Positions 48,501 to 58,217 of a stretch of DNA of 64,000 bases are shown one piece after another. Both the position numbers and the translations under genes were made by a program. Position 1 is the stretch's first letter, and each line of letters starts with the position of its first letter. The notes under the pieces are model-generated. The model was not told the origin of the DNA, did not search any database, and saw only the letters and a list, made by a program, of their open reading frames with translations. Origin of the DNA: a virus. The DNA is taken from IMG/VR virus record IMGVR_UViG_3300027970_000012, positions 27,445 through 91,444 of that record, one strand, 5' to 3'.

Positions 48501-51500
48501 AAGTGGAGTCCCACTTGTGAATCTGATGGTATTTTGTCCAGGAGTATCAATTACGTAATCTACTCCACCAATTTGAGCAATATTATTAATGAGAATGATA
48601 GGAGAATTATCATTATCTACTCCAGACGAACCGCCTATAATTGAATTAGTATTTGTGTATATTCCAGAAACAGTATTTCCATTAGACTTTAATACGAATG
48701 CAGTAGCTGCAATTCCGTTAAATTGGTCAGAAATATCATCAAAAATAATATTATTGTCATTCTGAGTATATGCATCAAATTGTCTAGAGAATATTCTACC
48801 AGAAAATGCGGAATTTACCTCCAGTCCTGGTAATCCAGAAGGTCCAAGAGGAGGAGAGGAGAAATAGATATTATCCTTTATAATATTATAGTCACCAGAT
48901 ACAACATTTACCTTAGTATCAATTTGATGACCTTCTATTCCTGTACCTAAGAATCCACGTTCTACTAATAATGTATTTGGGCCATATGTTCCTATATTCT
49001 TGATTCTGATATATTCGGAATCAAGACTTAAGATATCATCTAAAATTAGTGTATTTGCTCCAGAAATTAACGATATTGTTGTGTCTCCGACACTAACTCT
49101 AGAACTCAATGTTAAATTTCTATTTTTTCTATAGATTGGAGCTTGAATGATATTATCTATAGCAATAAGTGAGTTTACATTTGGATTACTCACGGAAAAG
49201 CTATGAGTTCCAATACCCAATTGGGTTAGTGTTAAATCACTTCCAGTTGAAACTCCAGAAACCTTAATTTCATCCTTATTTACTTTATTTACATATAATA
49301 TTTCAGGTAAAGTATCTGTACCAAGTTCTATAGCAGATAGGAATAGATTATCATTTGGCGAAATTCCACCAATAAGAGTTCCTGCAATTGAAATATTATC
49401 TTGTGTTGAATAATTTCTACCTCCAGACACTACAGAAACTCCACCGATATTTCCAAGTGAATCTCGGAATATATTGAATCTCGCTCCAGTTCCATATCCT
49501 ACATTAGAATTTCCTAAAATATTCAAATAATTTGCATTTGCTTGTAGAGATATTCGGGTATTTGATACTCTAGATACAGTAAACGTTAGGTCATTTGTTG
49601 GAGTTGTTCCACCAATATGAGTTCCAGATATAGAAACAGTATTTCCAACAGAATATCCACGACCACCATCTCTCAGAACAACAGAAGTTGAAATTGGTTG
49701 ACCAGTACTTGAATTATATACTATGAAAACACTAAATTGTGCTCCAATTCCAATTCCAGAAGTAGACTTCATAGGAAGATATGGGTCAGTAGCTCCCCAC
49801 AATCTGTTTTGATTTCCACTGAAGTTTGGAGTTACGTTTGAGCTAATTCCACTAAGTGTAGTTGTAATTGCTACATTATATCCTCTTTCATATATTGCAC
49901 TTCCAATTCCTCCACCAACACCCAATACGATATCCTTTCTTCCAGTTGTTTCACTTGTTGTTCCAATTCCAATTTTTCCAGAGTATAGTGGGAAATATCC
50001 ATATCCAGAAGCTCCCACGCCAATTTGAATACTGGTTATAATTCCAGTACTGGTCTCAATAAGTGGAATGAATGTTCCAATTGCTATCGGTGAAACAGTT
50101 CCTACAATTTCAATGCTAGGAGGTGTTGTAGTACTATATCCAATTCCTCCCGATGCAACACGAATTGACTTTACTGAATAGTTTTCATCAAATGATGGAA
50201 TTAATATCGCTCCAGACCCTATGGTTGTGGAGGCTATAGCAACGATTGAAGAGTATTCTGGAGTATAGTTCAATAGTTGTCCAGTTTGGAAATTGTGATT
50301 TGGAAGCATAAACACACTTCTATTCAAATCAATTGCTGTGTTTATTCCGTTTGAGGCATCAAATTCTCTATAGAATATTGGAGAACCATTGTCCGTTAAT
50401 TTGAAATCGGATTTTCCAGTAATCTTACATCCAGGAACTCTTCTTGAGAAAGATAGCGATTGAGTCGCAATTCCAACAAGTAATCGATGTGGAGAATTTG
50501 TATTAATTCCAATACTATCATTTGCAATAGTAGAAATATATGTACTATCTGGATAAAAATGATATGTAGAGAATCCTACTTTGTCTCCAACTAGCAACCC
50601 ACTAGTGGAAACTCCCAAATTGTATAGACTTGTAGATATAAATGTAACAGGCTTTGTTGCAATAACTTGAAGAATTGCTGTACCATTAAATTGTGAACTA
50701 ATATCATCAATTGTACCAACTCGGTTAGTTTTAGATAAAATGTATGGAGTTAATGTAGTTCCTTCTTCAAATACAATTCTCTCAATAGACCCATCTTCAA
50801 ATTGGTCCTCTTCAGTAACCATCGCAAAATTATGTTTGGTATAAGTTGAAGAGTAATTGTCAATGTTCACTAACAGAGATAGATTTGGTAATGATGTGGG
50901 TTTCCTGAAATTACTTGGAGAACTTACAACCTCTAAATCCGAAAATTCTTTAAATCCAGAAGGATGTAAAATTGACCTAACTGGCTCCTTCCAAATATTA
51001 TATGGAACTTTTCCGCGAATTGCATATGAAAATTTCTGATAATATTGATTGTCGGAGATTCTCATCAAATTATCATTTAACCCACCTAAGGTATTTCCAA
51101 CATAGTTAATCTTATCTCGGGTAACTCCAAGATTGGTTGTAAGATTAAATGTATTAGATGCTACAACAATTCCATTCAGTAGTGATTGTTGCCCACTTAG
51201 CATATATCCAGGTTTTAGGTCTCCTAGACAATTTACCAATCTCAACTCGTTTATTTCATTATCCCAACCACCTTCCATAACTTTCGCACTGAAGGTATTT
51301 GTTCCCGATTCATCATATCCAAAAACATTTTCATTTGAAATGTAGCTCAAGTCGTTAGCGAGCACCATTTCAAATTCCGGCATATCTTTCCGATTGATTA
51401 CGTAGCCGTATCCAAAATCGGAGGTATATTCTCCAAGAGCCAATCCATCCTTTAATCCACTTACATTGTACGTAATAGTATAATTACTACTACTAATTCC

Positions 51501-54500
51501 GGTAACGGTAAAAAATCTATAATTGTACTCAGAAGAATTATAATTATCTTGAGGAATGAGATTATCAGAAGCATCAAATATTGGAGTAATTCTACATCTT
51601 TCAATATAAATTTGGTCTCCAATAGAGAATGGGAATATAGTTTGAGTTGAGCCATATCCAATTGGAGAGAGTGGGTATGATTGTGTATTTGAATTTATGA
51701 TTTCAATTGTAATATCATTACCATTTATTGCAATATCATCTATACCATATCCATTTGAATTTCTAGTTGAAATGATTTTAAGTGGACGAGATAAATCATT
51801 GGTATTTTGAACAATCTCAACATCGGAAATTGAGGTTCCTCTAAGATTGCATTTAAGTTGAATTTTATCATTGCCTAAAATCTTCAATGTTGGAGCAGTG
51901 TTATAATTTTTACCTCCTGTGAGAACTCCAACATAATCTACTCTAGAGATACTTTCAATCTGAGCTACTGCAGGAACACTCAAAACAGGTAATAACGTAG
52001 TATCAGTTGGATAATCAAATCCATCTTTAATTCTTTCTACTGAACTTATTCTTCCAATTTTGCTGGACTTCACACTCAAATTCGCAGATGCACCAGATTG
52101 ACTTATAATATTGGAAATTCTAGGAATTCTCTTATATCCACGACCACTATAATTCAATTGAATTTGATTGATTGGTCCACTAGCATTTCTGGACTTTGTA
52201 CTATAAGTTAAACTTGATAGATTCAGTAACGTATAGGTAACGTCTTCTGGCTTACTTGCAAGATTAAATCTTAAGGTTTTATCGGAAAGTTTAACAATTT
52301 TATATTCATTATTGTAGTCACTACCTATAATTTGTATATAATTACCATTAACGACCTCCAATTCTTCATAAACATCTTCTGTAGGAGAACTAAATTTGTA
52401 GTAAAGTTCTCTAGGTAATTCTAAAGTACTCGTTCTCAGTAGATTTTGCCCAGAATTGTCGGTATATAAGAATGTCTTTAATTCATTTTTGAAATTAGAA
52501 TCCAAGTATATTCCAAGTTCAAATGAACTCATACTAGAATCACTAAGGTCAAATATTAATGTATTTCCCTTCGTGATGTTTATCTGTGGATTTAATTTTG
52601 AAATTCGTTGAGTTCCTGTTCCAATAGATGTTAGGATTACAAATCTTCCTTCTATAGCATCGGAATAATAGTTTGCAAGTTGGATTTTATTTAAATCTGT
52701 AACGACTATAAAATATTCACCATCGTTTTGTAGTCCACCAACAGTAGATTCAGAATTATTTGAATATACTATCTTATCTCCTGTGTTTAAATTCGCGGTA
52801 TCAATAGTAATTTTAGATGTAGAAACACTTATCTGAGCAGTATTAAAAGTTATATAATCCGTAGTTATTTTCTTTAATGCTGGGTTATATCTAAATTTTA
52901 TGGTTTTTGTAATTTCGGGAACAACGGATAACTTAATAGTATCTTCAGATTCTAGATTATGATTGGAGGATGTTTCCAACGTAACAGAATAGCTTTCACC
53001 ACTTCCTGATATCTCATCATATTTTGTAGTAAATGAGTGAGCAATTCCAATTCCAGTTACAGAAGAACTAAAATACAAAGACCTATATGTAGAACCGATT
53101 CCTGTAGTTGTGGTAAATCCTAGAGTTGAGATTCCAATGAAATCATTATTTACGACAACTGAATATATGGTCTGATTATTTTGTAGTTGAAATGTTGGTT
53201 GTCCTGGTGAGTTATACACTGAAAGAGGAGTTCCAGATATACCAGAATGATAAGTTAATGGTTGTCCTGTATAATAGGAATGATTTGGAATATATATTGA
53301 CTTTTCAGGAATGGTAAATGACGTAATACCAATTTTATTATATGCCTTTCCTATCTCTTGAGTAGCTATGTCCTCACTCGGATTGAAGTAATTTGTCTTG
53401 TTTGATGTTGTGACTAATTTGGACCCACTATGATAGAAGTAAAACTTGCGCGGAAGAAGTCTGGCCTGACTAATTCCTGCAGTATGTATTGCAACATTTG
53501 AAATTCTCTCCACTATGAGACTTGTAGTTTCTGGAATAACTCGGAGTATTTTTAGGACTTCTTCATCAATTTTTATGAAGTCACTCACAGTCATTCCAGA
53601 GATATTATTTAAAAATATCTCAGTAATACTTCCAGTAACTCCAATATTTGCAATGTTTGTGGAGATTCCAACTGAATTTGGTTGAGAAATTACAACTTTT
53701 TGGTTTCCAAGTAAAAATGTATATGCAGGGTCAGATACACTATTGATTACAATAGTTTCTCCTGAGGATACATCAATTGGATATTTGAGTATACCAGAAA
53801 TTTGGCTTCCTAGTTTTTCAAATATAATATTCGAAAATGTTGTGATTCCAATATTAATTGAAGAAATTGGTTCTCCAGAAATTGATAATACCGAAGCTGT
53901 AGCTCCTGACCCACCTGTACCATCATTTCTGAAATCTACTATATCACCAGGAACATAATTGTCTCCAGGACTATAGATAGAGACGCTATCAATTCCTGAT
54001 GTGGATACAGACCGAACGGTAAATTCTTGATTATATCTATCTTCAATATTGTCTATTGCATCATAATATGAATTGGCGGAATTCAAATAATATGGAGAAG
54101 TGTGTCGGATTAACTTTAATGTATTTAAATCTAAATCCTGATTATAATTTGGATTATAATTCTCCAATCTAGGAACAAATTTGAATTTAGACGCCACCAA
54201 ATATGGATATTGTGGAATGGACACACTAGAATTGTCTATAGTAGTAGTATAGAAATATGCATATACACCATTTGGAAATTGAGCATTTTGAATAAATCTT
54301 CCATTATATTCGTCTAAATCACCATATGCTGGGTTGAATTCATAATCTTGAATGAAAATTCCATCCACATAGTTTGAGGTAGTCGGTCTTAAATTTGCGT
54401 TTCTTTCAATATTTTTCCTATAGCTACTCTGAACTCTTTTAACTTGACCTTCAATAGCTAAATATGGCCCATAGATTGGACTCCCATCATAGGCCCATCC

Positions 54501-57500
54501 AAAAATTGGAGATTCTGAGAGAGAAAGAGCTTCTGTGTTCTGCGTAGTGATACTATCGTTAAGAAAGTATCTTAATTTTTTTGGAGGATAGAAGTGAACG
54601 AATTGTAGTTTATCTTGTTGAGTTCTGCCTGGAACTAAAATTCCTTCTTCATCTCCAGCAAGAAGTTGTCTATTCTTCTCAATTTGATTAATCTTCCACT
54701 CAAATACATTCGCTTGGAATTTTACATCACTTCCTCTTTCTACAATTTCAATTTTAGTGAATTTGTCATATTCAATTCCAGGATTTAGAATACGAACAGA
54801 TTGGATTTTACCAGATTCTATAATTGGATATAGTTCTGCATATTTTCCTGACCCAATAATCTTTAGGTCAATATTATTTGAATATCCACTACCATAGTTG
54901 AGTATCTGAATATCAATAATTGCACCATCTACTATAATTGGCTTCAATATCGCTATTCGTTTAATTTTAGATATACTAATGTTAGGTCTTCTATGAAAAT
55001 TAATAACCTCTGGTGTTCCATATTTTTGACCATAATTTTCAATAAATACGCTTTCAATACTACCTAGAATTACTGGTTCTAGAACTGGAGGAACTAATCC
55101 TGTGGTTTTGGTTTCTGGATAACATTCCACAACCACTTCTATTGGTGGGTATGAAAATGTGTGAGTTCCAACTCCCACAGAATTCAATCTAACATAATTT
55201 CCCTGATTGTAGTCATAATCAAGTACGGTACTTCCAGTTCCAGCAAAGCATAATTTAAATTTATCTTTGTTTATAATTTTAAGAAAGTAATTATTTGTAG
55301 TGGAGACTCCAGAAATAGTAGTATCGGTAGTTGAATATTCAACTAAATCTTTCTCATTGAAGTTATGATTTTTTGCAAAGATGTAATCTAGGTATACATT
55401 GATACCATTTCTAGATTCATTGTCATCTAAATTTGATGGAATACTTATGGATTTGGATGAATATCCTTCTCCAGGATTTATTACATCTATATTCACTATG
55501 GTATTCTTGTTGTTCAATGATTGGAAATAGTGAACTCCAGAACTTGAAGAAGTGGTAAGATTTATTTCATTTTGGCCAATACTCAGCTCAGATAGTGTTC
55601 TATACAATTTGATAGATGAATTGGAGATTACCCCAACAAAATAGAAGGAATTTTTTGGTAGCTTCTTTATGATAAGAGAGTTGGAATTCGGATCAGAGTA
55701 CTCAATTTCTGAATTACCATTTGGAATATATTCAACTACTTCTCCATTCTCAAAATTGTGTGGTGATATGAAGGTAATACTATTGGTAGTGGGATTTACT
55801 CCATTTCCATCTCCGAGAAAAGCAGACCTAGTTTTTGTCTTAATTACTGTTGGAGATAAGAGTGCATTTTTACCTCCTCCACCACGAATTGAAACTCTAA
55901 TATCATCTCTATATCCAAATCCAGAATCAACAACACGAATTGCAGAGACGGACCCAACTAGATTTGCTCGCGCAACGGCATCTGTACCATAACCAACTCC
56001 ATCCACAATATCCTCAATCTGAAGAGAGGGAGTATTGATTACATCATAATTTTTACCAGGATTTAAAATTTTAATATCTTCCAGCTTACCATAGTAAATA
56101 TTTTCATCATATAGTGTAGTTGAATATACTTCAACACCATTCAACATCACTCCAATTGGTCTATCTCCTGTAGTTTGGTCGGAGAATTCATTTGGACTTG
56201 GATTTTCTACTGTTCTTGGGAACTTTCTTAATAATTTCTGATGACCTAATTCTTTATTCTGATAATCAATTTTTGAAATTTCTCCAGATATAGACCCAGA
56301 AATCTCAATATATTTGTTCGCAATTAAGTCACTTGCGCTATATGATAATGATAACTTATTGCTTGTATCGTGTGGCCCAAATGCAGTCACATAATAAGAA
56401 CCAGTAGATATACCTAAAGTTTGATTCGGATTACAATATACCTTTTCTCCAGTATATAAGAAATGCGGAACATTTGTGTTAAGTTCAGTAGTACCTACTA
56501 AAGAATTTTCTGATACTTGAGTAGAGAAGAATATGGTTCTCGGAGTTGGATTTATGCTATACTCAGGAAGACCTGATGATGCAATGTAGAAATTACTCTC
56601 ATCAAAATCGGTATATGAATTTTGAATATTACAAGTTAGATAATTCAGACTTGGATATAATGAAGAATTTGCCTTCTTGATTTTTATACTTAATGTCGTT
56701 TTATCAATTAAATTTGTGGTTGATATAACTTCAATAACTTTATTGTTGATAATTGAGGTAATTTCCGCAGTTATTCTAACATCATCTACATATTCTGGAT
56801 TACTGAGAATTATATCCTCTTCCTGAGATACGAATATTTCGTCATAAGTTTCAATTCTATATAAATCAGAGTCGGAGATTTTGAAGAGAGATTTAATTCT
56901 ATGATTTGTGGGAAGGTTATATAACCAAGTATTAAATTGTGGATATTGATTTAGACTTACTCCAAAAGATGATAATTTGATTTTATCTCCAACTCTCAAA
57001 TTTGAAGTTAATGAGTAGTCAACACTCTCAATTACATTAATAATTCTAAAGTAAATCTGAACACCATTTACATCACAATATGCAAAATTACTACTTAAGA
57101 CGGTATCATTAACTCGTACATCGGTAATATTGTTAACAATCTCTAAAAATTGAGTTGAAGTCTTATCAGAATATGATAGAGTGAACGGATTTAAACTTTG
57201 ATTTGGACTCTGAACTATAAGTTCTCCAGATTGTGGGAATCCTACAGTACTATCTACAGTAAGTACTAAACTAGTTTTTCCAACTGCTTCTACAACATTT
57301 GTTTTACTTGTGGTAGTAAAATTAAATTGAATAGATTCTGGGTCTAATGAAATTTCATATAGAATTTTACCCGAAATTGGCCGAATTTCGACATTATATA
57401 TGGATGCATTAGTCAATCCTGAAGCTGTGTTTTGGAATATAGTGCTTCCTTTTAAACTAAGTGGGTCTATATCTCCAGAAATCTTTTCTACTAAAATGTT

Positions 57501-58217
57501 CTTTGTGATGTAATTTGAACTATTAGACGGAGTTATCAGATAATCTGATGGAGTAACAACACTAATATCTTCATTAAATAGAATTTTGAATAGAATTTCA
57601 TATGAAGTACTTGTTCCTTTGGCGGAATATAGGTCAATTGCTCTACTCAAAAACAATTTCAGATTTAATGGCTTTACTAGCTCTCTATTTTCAAATCCAG
57701 GAAGAAATTGTGTTTTGAACTTCTTGAAAATTTCATCAAAAAATAATAGATTTAAATTTTGTACTACTGTATCTTTAGAGTGAAACTGAGCTTGAGTTGA
57801 ATTGAAATTCAAACTCATATTAGCTACATTATCAATTCCACTAAAAGCTCTCACACAATCTTCAAATGTGGTTTCAGTCTTAACTTTATATGTAATGATT
57901 TCGTCATCTATTTTAAGTAGACCATATGTACTTGGAAATCCGACAGTGGATGTTACGCGAATTACGTCAGAAAATGCCTGAACATCCTGAGTTAAGATGC
58001 AGGGAGTTGTCTTATTTACAAAGGTCTCAAAATTGAAATTATCAATCTTTTTATAATCGATAAAATTATTAGCTAAATCTACTACTCCAGTAGAGTGTTC
58101 TTGTGAAATATAGTACTGCTTCAAAAATTCAGTAAATATTGGGTTATCCTCAACCAAAAACTCTGGAATTTGAGTTTCAATAAAGTTTTGAATTTTTACT
58201 TTTTTGATTTCTGACAT
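45504..58217 (-). CDS. gp7: Giant baseplate wedge initiator (gp7-like), 4237 aa
   Basis: QIPEF, LYSAKGT..SY.ILF, GWAYDG.PIYGP, YYQKFSY, LHPSG; position between gp6 and gp8. Confidence 0.85.
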   Translation of the reverse strand: MSEIKKVKIQNFIETQIPEFLVEDNPIFTEFLKQYYISQEHSTGVVDLANNFIDYKKIDNFNFETFVNKTTPCILTQDVQAFSDVIRVTSTVGFPSTYGLLKIDDEIITYKVKTETTFEDCVRAFSGIDNVANMSLNFNSTQAQFHSKDTVVQNLNLLFFDEIFKKFKTQFLPGFENRELVKPLNLKLFLSRAIDLYSAKGTSTSYEILFKILFNEDISVVTPSDYLITPSNSSNYITKNILVEKISGDIDPLSLKGSTIFQNTASGLTNASIYNVEIRPISGKILYEISLDPESIQFNFTTTSKTNVVEAVGKTSLVLTVDSTVGFPQSGELIVQSPNQSLNPFTLSYSDKTSTQFLEIVNNITDVRVNDTVLSSNFAYCDVNGVQIYFRIINVIESVDYSLTSNLRVGDKIKLSSFGVSLNQYPQFNTWLYNLPTNHRIKSLFKISDSDLYRIETYDEIFVSQEEDIILSNPEYVDDVRITAEITSIINNKVIEVISTTNLIDKTTLSIKIKKANSSLYPSLNYLTCNIQNSYTDFDESNFYIASSGLPEYSINPTPRTIFFSTQVSENSLVGTTELNTNVPHFLYTGEKVYCNPNQTLGISTGSYYVTAFGPHDTSNKLSLSYSASDLIANKYIEISGSISGEISKIDYQNKELGHQKLLRKFPRTVENPSPNEFSDQTTGDRPIGVMLNGVEVYSTTLYDENIYYGKLEDIKILNPGKNYDVINTPSLQIEDIVDGVGYGTDAVARANLVGSVSAIRVVDSGFGYRDDIRVSIRGGGGKNALLSPTVIKTKTRSAFLGDGNGVNPTTNSITFISPHNFENGEVVEYIPNGNSEIEYSDPNSNSLIIKKLPKNSFYFVGVISNSSIKLYRTLSELSIGQNEINLTTSSSSGVHYFQSLNNKNTIVNIDVINPGEGYSSKSISIPSNLDDNESRNGINVYLDYIFAKNHNFNEKDLVEYSTTDTTISGVSTTNNYFLKIINKDKFKLCFAGTGSTVLDYDYNQGNYVRLNSVGVGTHTFSYPPIEVVVECYPETKTTGLVPPVLEPVILGSIESVFIENYGQKYGTPEVINFHRRPNISISKIKRIAILKPIIVDGAIIDIQILNYGSGYSNNIDLKIIGSGKYAELYPIIESGKIQSVRILNPGIEYDKFTKIEIVERGSDVKFQANVFEWKINQIEKNRQLLAGDEEGILVPGRTQQDKLQFVHFYPPKKLRYFLNDSITTQNTEALSLSESPIFGWAYDGSPIYGPYLAIEGQVKRVQSSYRKNIERNANLRPTTSNYVDGIFIQDYEFNPAYGDLDEYNGRFIQNAQFPNGVYAYFYTTTIDNSSVSIPQYPYLVASKFKFVPRLENYNPNYNQDLDLNTLKLIRHTSPYYLNSANSYYDAIDNIEDRYNQEFTVRSVSTSGIDSVSIYSPGDNYVPGDIVDFRNDGTGGSGATASVLSISGEPISSINIGITTFSNIIFEKLGSQISGILKYPIDVSSGETIVINSVSDPAYTFLLGNQKVVISQPNSVGISTNIANIGVTGSITEIFLNNISGMTVSDFIKIDEEVLKILRVIPETTSLIVERISNVAIHTAGISQARLLPRKFYFYHSGSKLVTTSNKTNYFNPSEDIATQEIGKAYNKIGITSFTIPEKSIYIPNHSYYTGQPLTYHSGISGTPLSVYNSPGQPTFQLQNNQTIYSVVVNNDFIGISTLGFTTTTGIGSTYRSLYFSSSVTGIGIAHSFTTKYDEISGSGESYSVTLETSSNHNLESEDTIKLSVVPEITKTIKFRYNPALKKITTDYITFNTAQISVSTSKITIDTANLNTGDKIVYSNNSESTVGGLQNDGEYFIVVTDLNKIQLANYYSDAIEGRFVILTSIGTGTQRISKLNPQINITKGNTLIFDLSDSSMSSFELGIYLDSNFKNELKTFLYTDNSGQNLLRTSTLELPRELYYKFSSPTEDVYEELEVVNGNYIQIIGSDYNNEYKIVKLSDKTLRFNLASKPEDVTYTLLNLSSLTYSTKSRNASGPINQIQLNYSGRGYKRIPRISNIISQSGASANLSVKSSKIGRISSVERIKDGFDYPTDTTLLPVLSVPAVAQIESISRVDYVGVLTGGKNYNTAPTLKILGNDKIQLKCNLRGTSISDVEIVQNTNDLSRPLKIISTRNSNGYGIDDIAINGNDITIEIINSNTQSYPLSPIGYGSTQTIFPFSIGDQIYIERCRITPIFDASDNLIPQDNYNSSEYNYRFFTVTGISSSNYTITYNVSGLKDGLALGEYTSDFGYGYVINRKDMPEFEMVLANDLSYISNENVFGYDESGTNTFSAKVMEGGWDNEINELRLVNCLGDLKPGYMLSGQQSLLNGIVVASNTFNLTTNLGVTRDKINYVGNTLGGLNDNLMRISDNQYYQKFSYAIRGKVPYNIWKEPVRSILHPSGFKEFSDLEVVSSPSNFRKPTSLPNLSLLVNIDNYSSTYTKHNFAMVTEEDQFEDGSIERIVFEEGTTLTPYILSKTNRVGTIDDISSQFNGTAILQVIATKPVTFISTSLYNLGVSTSGLLVGDKVGFSTYHFYPDSTYISTIANDSIGINTNSPHRLLVGIATQSLSFSRRVPGCKITGKSDFKLTDNGSPIFYREFDASNGINTAIDLNRSVFMLPNHNFQTGQLLNYTPEYSSIVAIASTTIGSGAILIPSFDENYSVKSIRVASGGIGYSTTTPPSIEIVGTVSPIAIGTFIPLIETSTGIITSIQIGVGASGYGYFPLYSGKIGIGTTSETTGRKDIVLGVGGGIGSAIYERGYNVAITTTLSGISSNVTPNFSGNQNRLWGATDPYLPMKSTSGIGIGAQFSVFIVYNSSTGQPISTSVVLRDGGRGYSVGNTVSISGTHIGGTTPTNDLTFTVSRVSNTRISLQANANYLNILGNSNVGYGTGARFNIFRDSLGNIGGVSVVSGGRNYSTQDNISIAGTLIGGISPNDNLFLSAIELGTDTLPEILYVNKVNKDEIKVSGVSTGSDLTLTQLGIGTHSFSVSNPNVNSLIAIDNIIQAPIYRKNRNLTLSSRVSVGDTTISLISGANTLILDDILSLDSEYIRIKNIGTYGPNTLLVERGFLGTGIEGHQIDTKVNVVSGDYNIIKDNIYFSSPPLGPSGLPGLEVNSAFSGRIFSRQFDAYTQNDNNIIFDDISDQFNGIAATAFVLKSNGNTVSGIYTNTNSIIGGSSGVDNDNSPIILINNIAQIGGVDYVIDTPGQNTIRFTSGTPLAGKISRVGYTTGFGYMPLVGASATVAVSGLGTLSNVYLTGFGAGYRSAPSISIASTVGTGASIVATIGTSGTITSLSIINPGSGYTNSILPQVRIDIPQNYYNMSLSYASGSSGQGQGAKASIIVGNGSSIISFELNSTGVGYSVGDNLVISGITTIPNTVNFSQFRVTVLETITDNFVGWYPGQFVQFDNISSSFNGIKKRFIISKTILGVTNVVSIRTNTNDIKIQNNLFVFINDILQVPDISYTYSAGRISFTEAPKSGSKCNILYFRGSDLDVEQVDPPKTIKTGDSVKITENIYDPFDVSQFERVVKDVVGTNIIDTFPYDSIGILTTSDKIRPLDWTKQTTDRILNGSIYSKSRPSLTSRTIPVANIIKDVSRNDTVLYVDSALPLFEDIDETRKLNEDLRDVIILDNREIIQPMVTSIVSTAGTIVSFDIVNPGSGYKNVISPKISVSAPNLIKFDPILNWSSNVGIVTSNQFNSVAFDKVWVSVGNSGEYAFSYNSTVWNSGRKINPDVDFNAIAVKNNQCVVVGNSALAYGCTSVTSNTSWNRIYLIKLIQTIGSPPTGSISTYQGNINSIIYDASRDVVVGSGNSGKIFIGSGISTDRLYEVGIGIENMVSTCSNSNYIISVGSLGTILYSDIGLIWDSVVNVPTNKNLNCVIWTGMNFVAVGDDGTVLTSDIGASSWTLIPTNIVSNILKIRYYNNLYTILDNSGKLYFSLDLRSWVSRVVDDSYSILDILPIDTSDNSGYISVGSSGFISYSTPQINKATANATATDGRLSSITVTNGGFGYNSTAPNIVETEYVDSEQIYSIKARGDYGNIVDVTVYPTGNVGFGTNSPAIEFKLSSRNYINTIPNMQYSPLIRGDYFIINNSNVICSHALTGITTSLGGMSNYPNSKIGTANTFIDGIYKAENVTTPTLGISTVRCSFVPNSSGNITINSGVNTIGFYGNYSFGIVYDYQNRSRKNPKAFVVNKDNGLIGLSSGPMMYRTRGLL

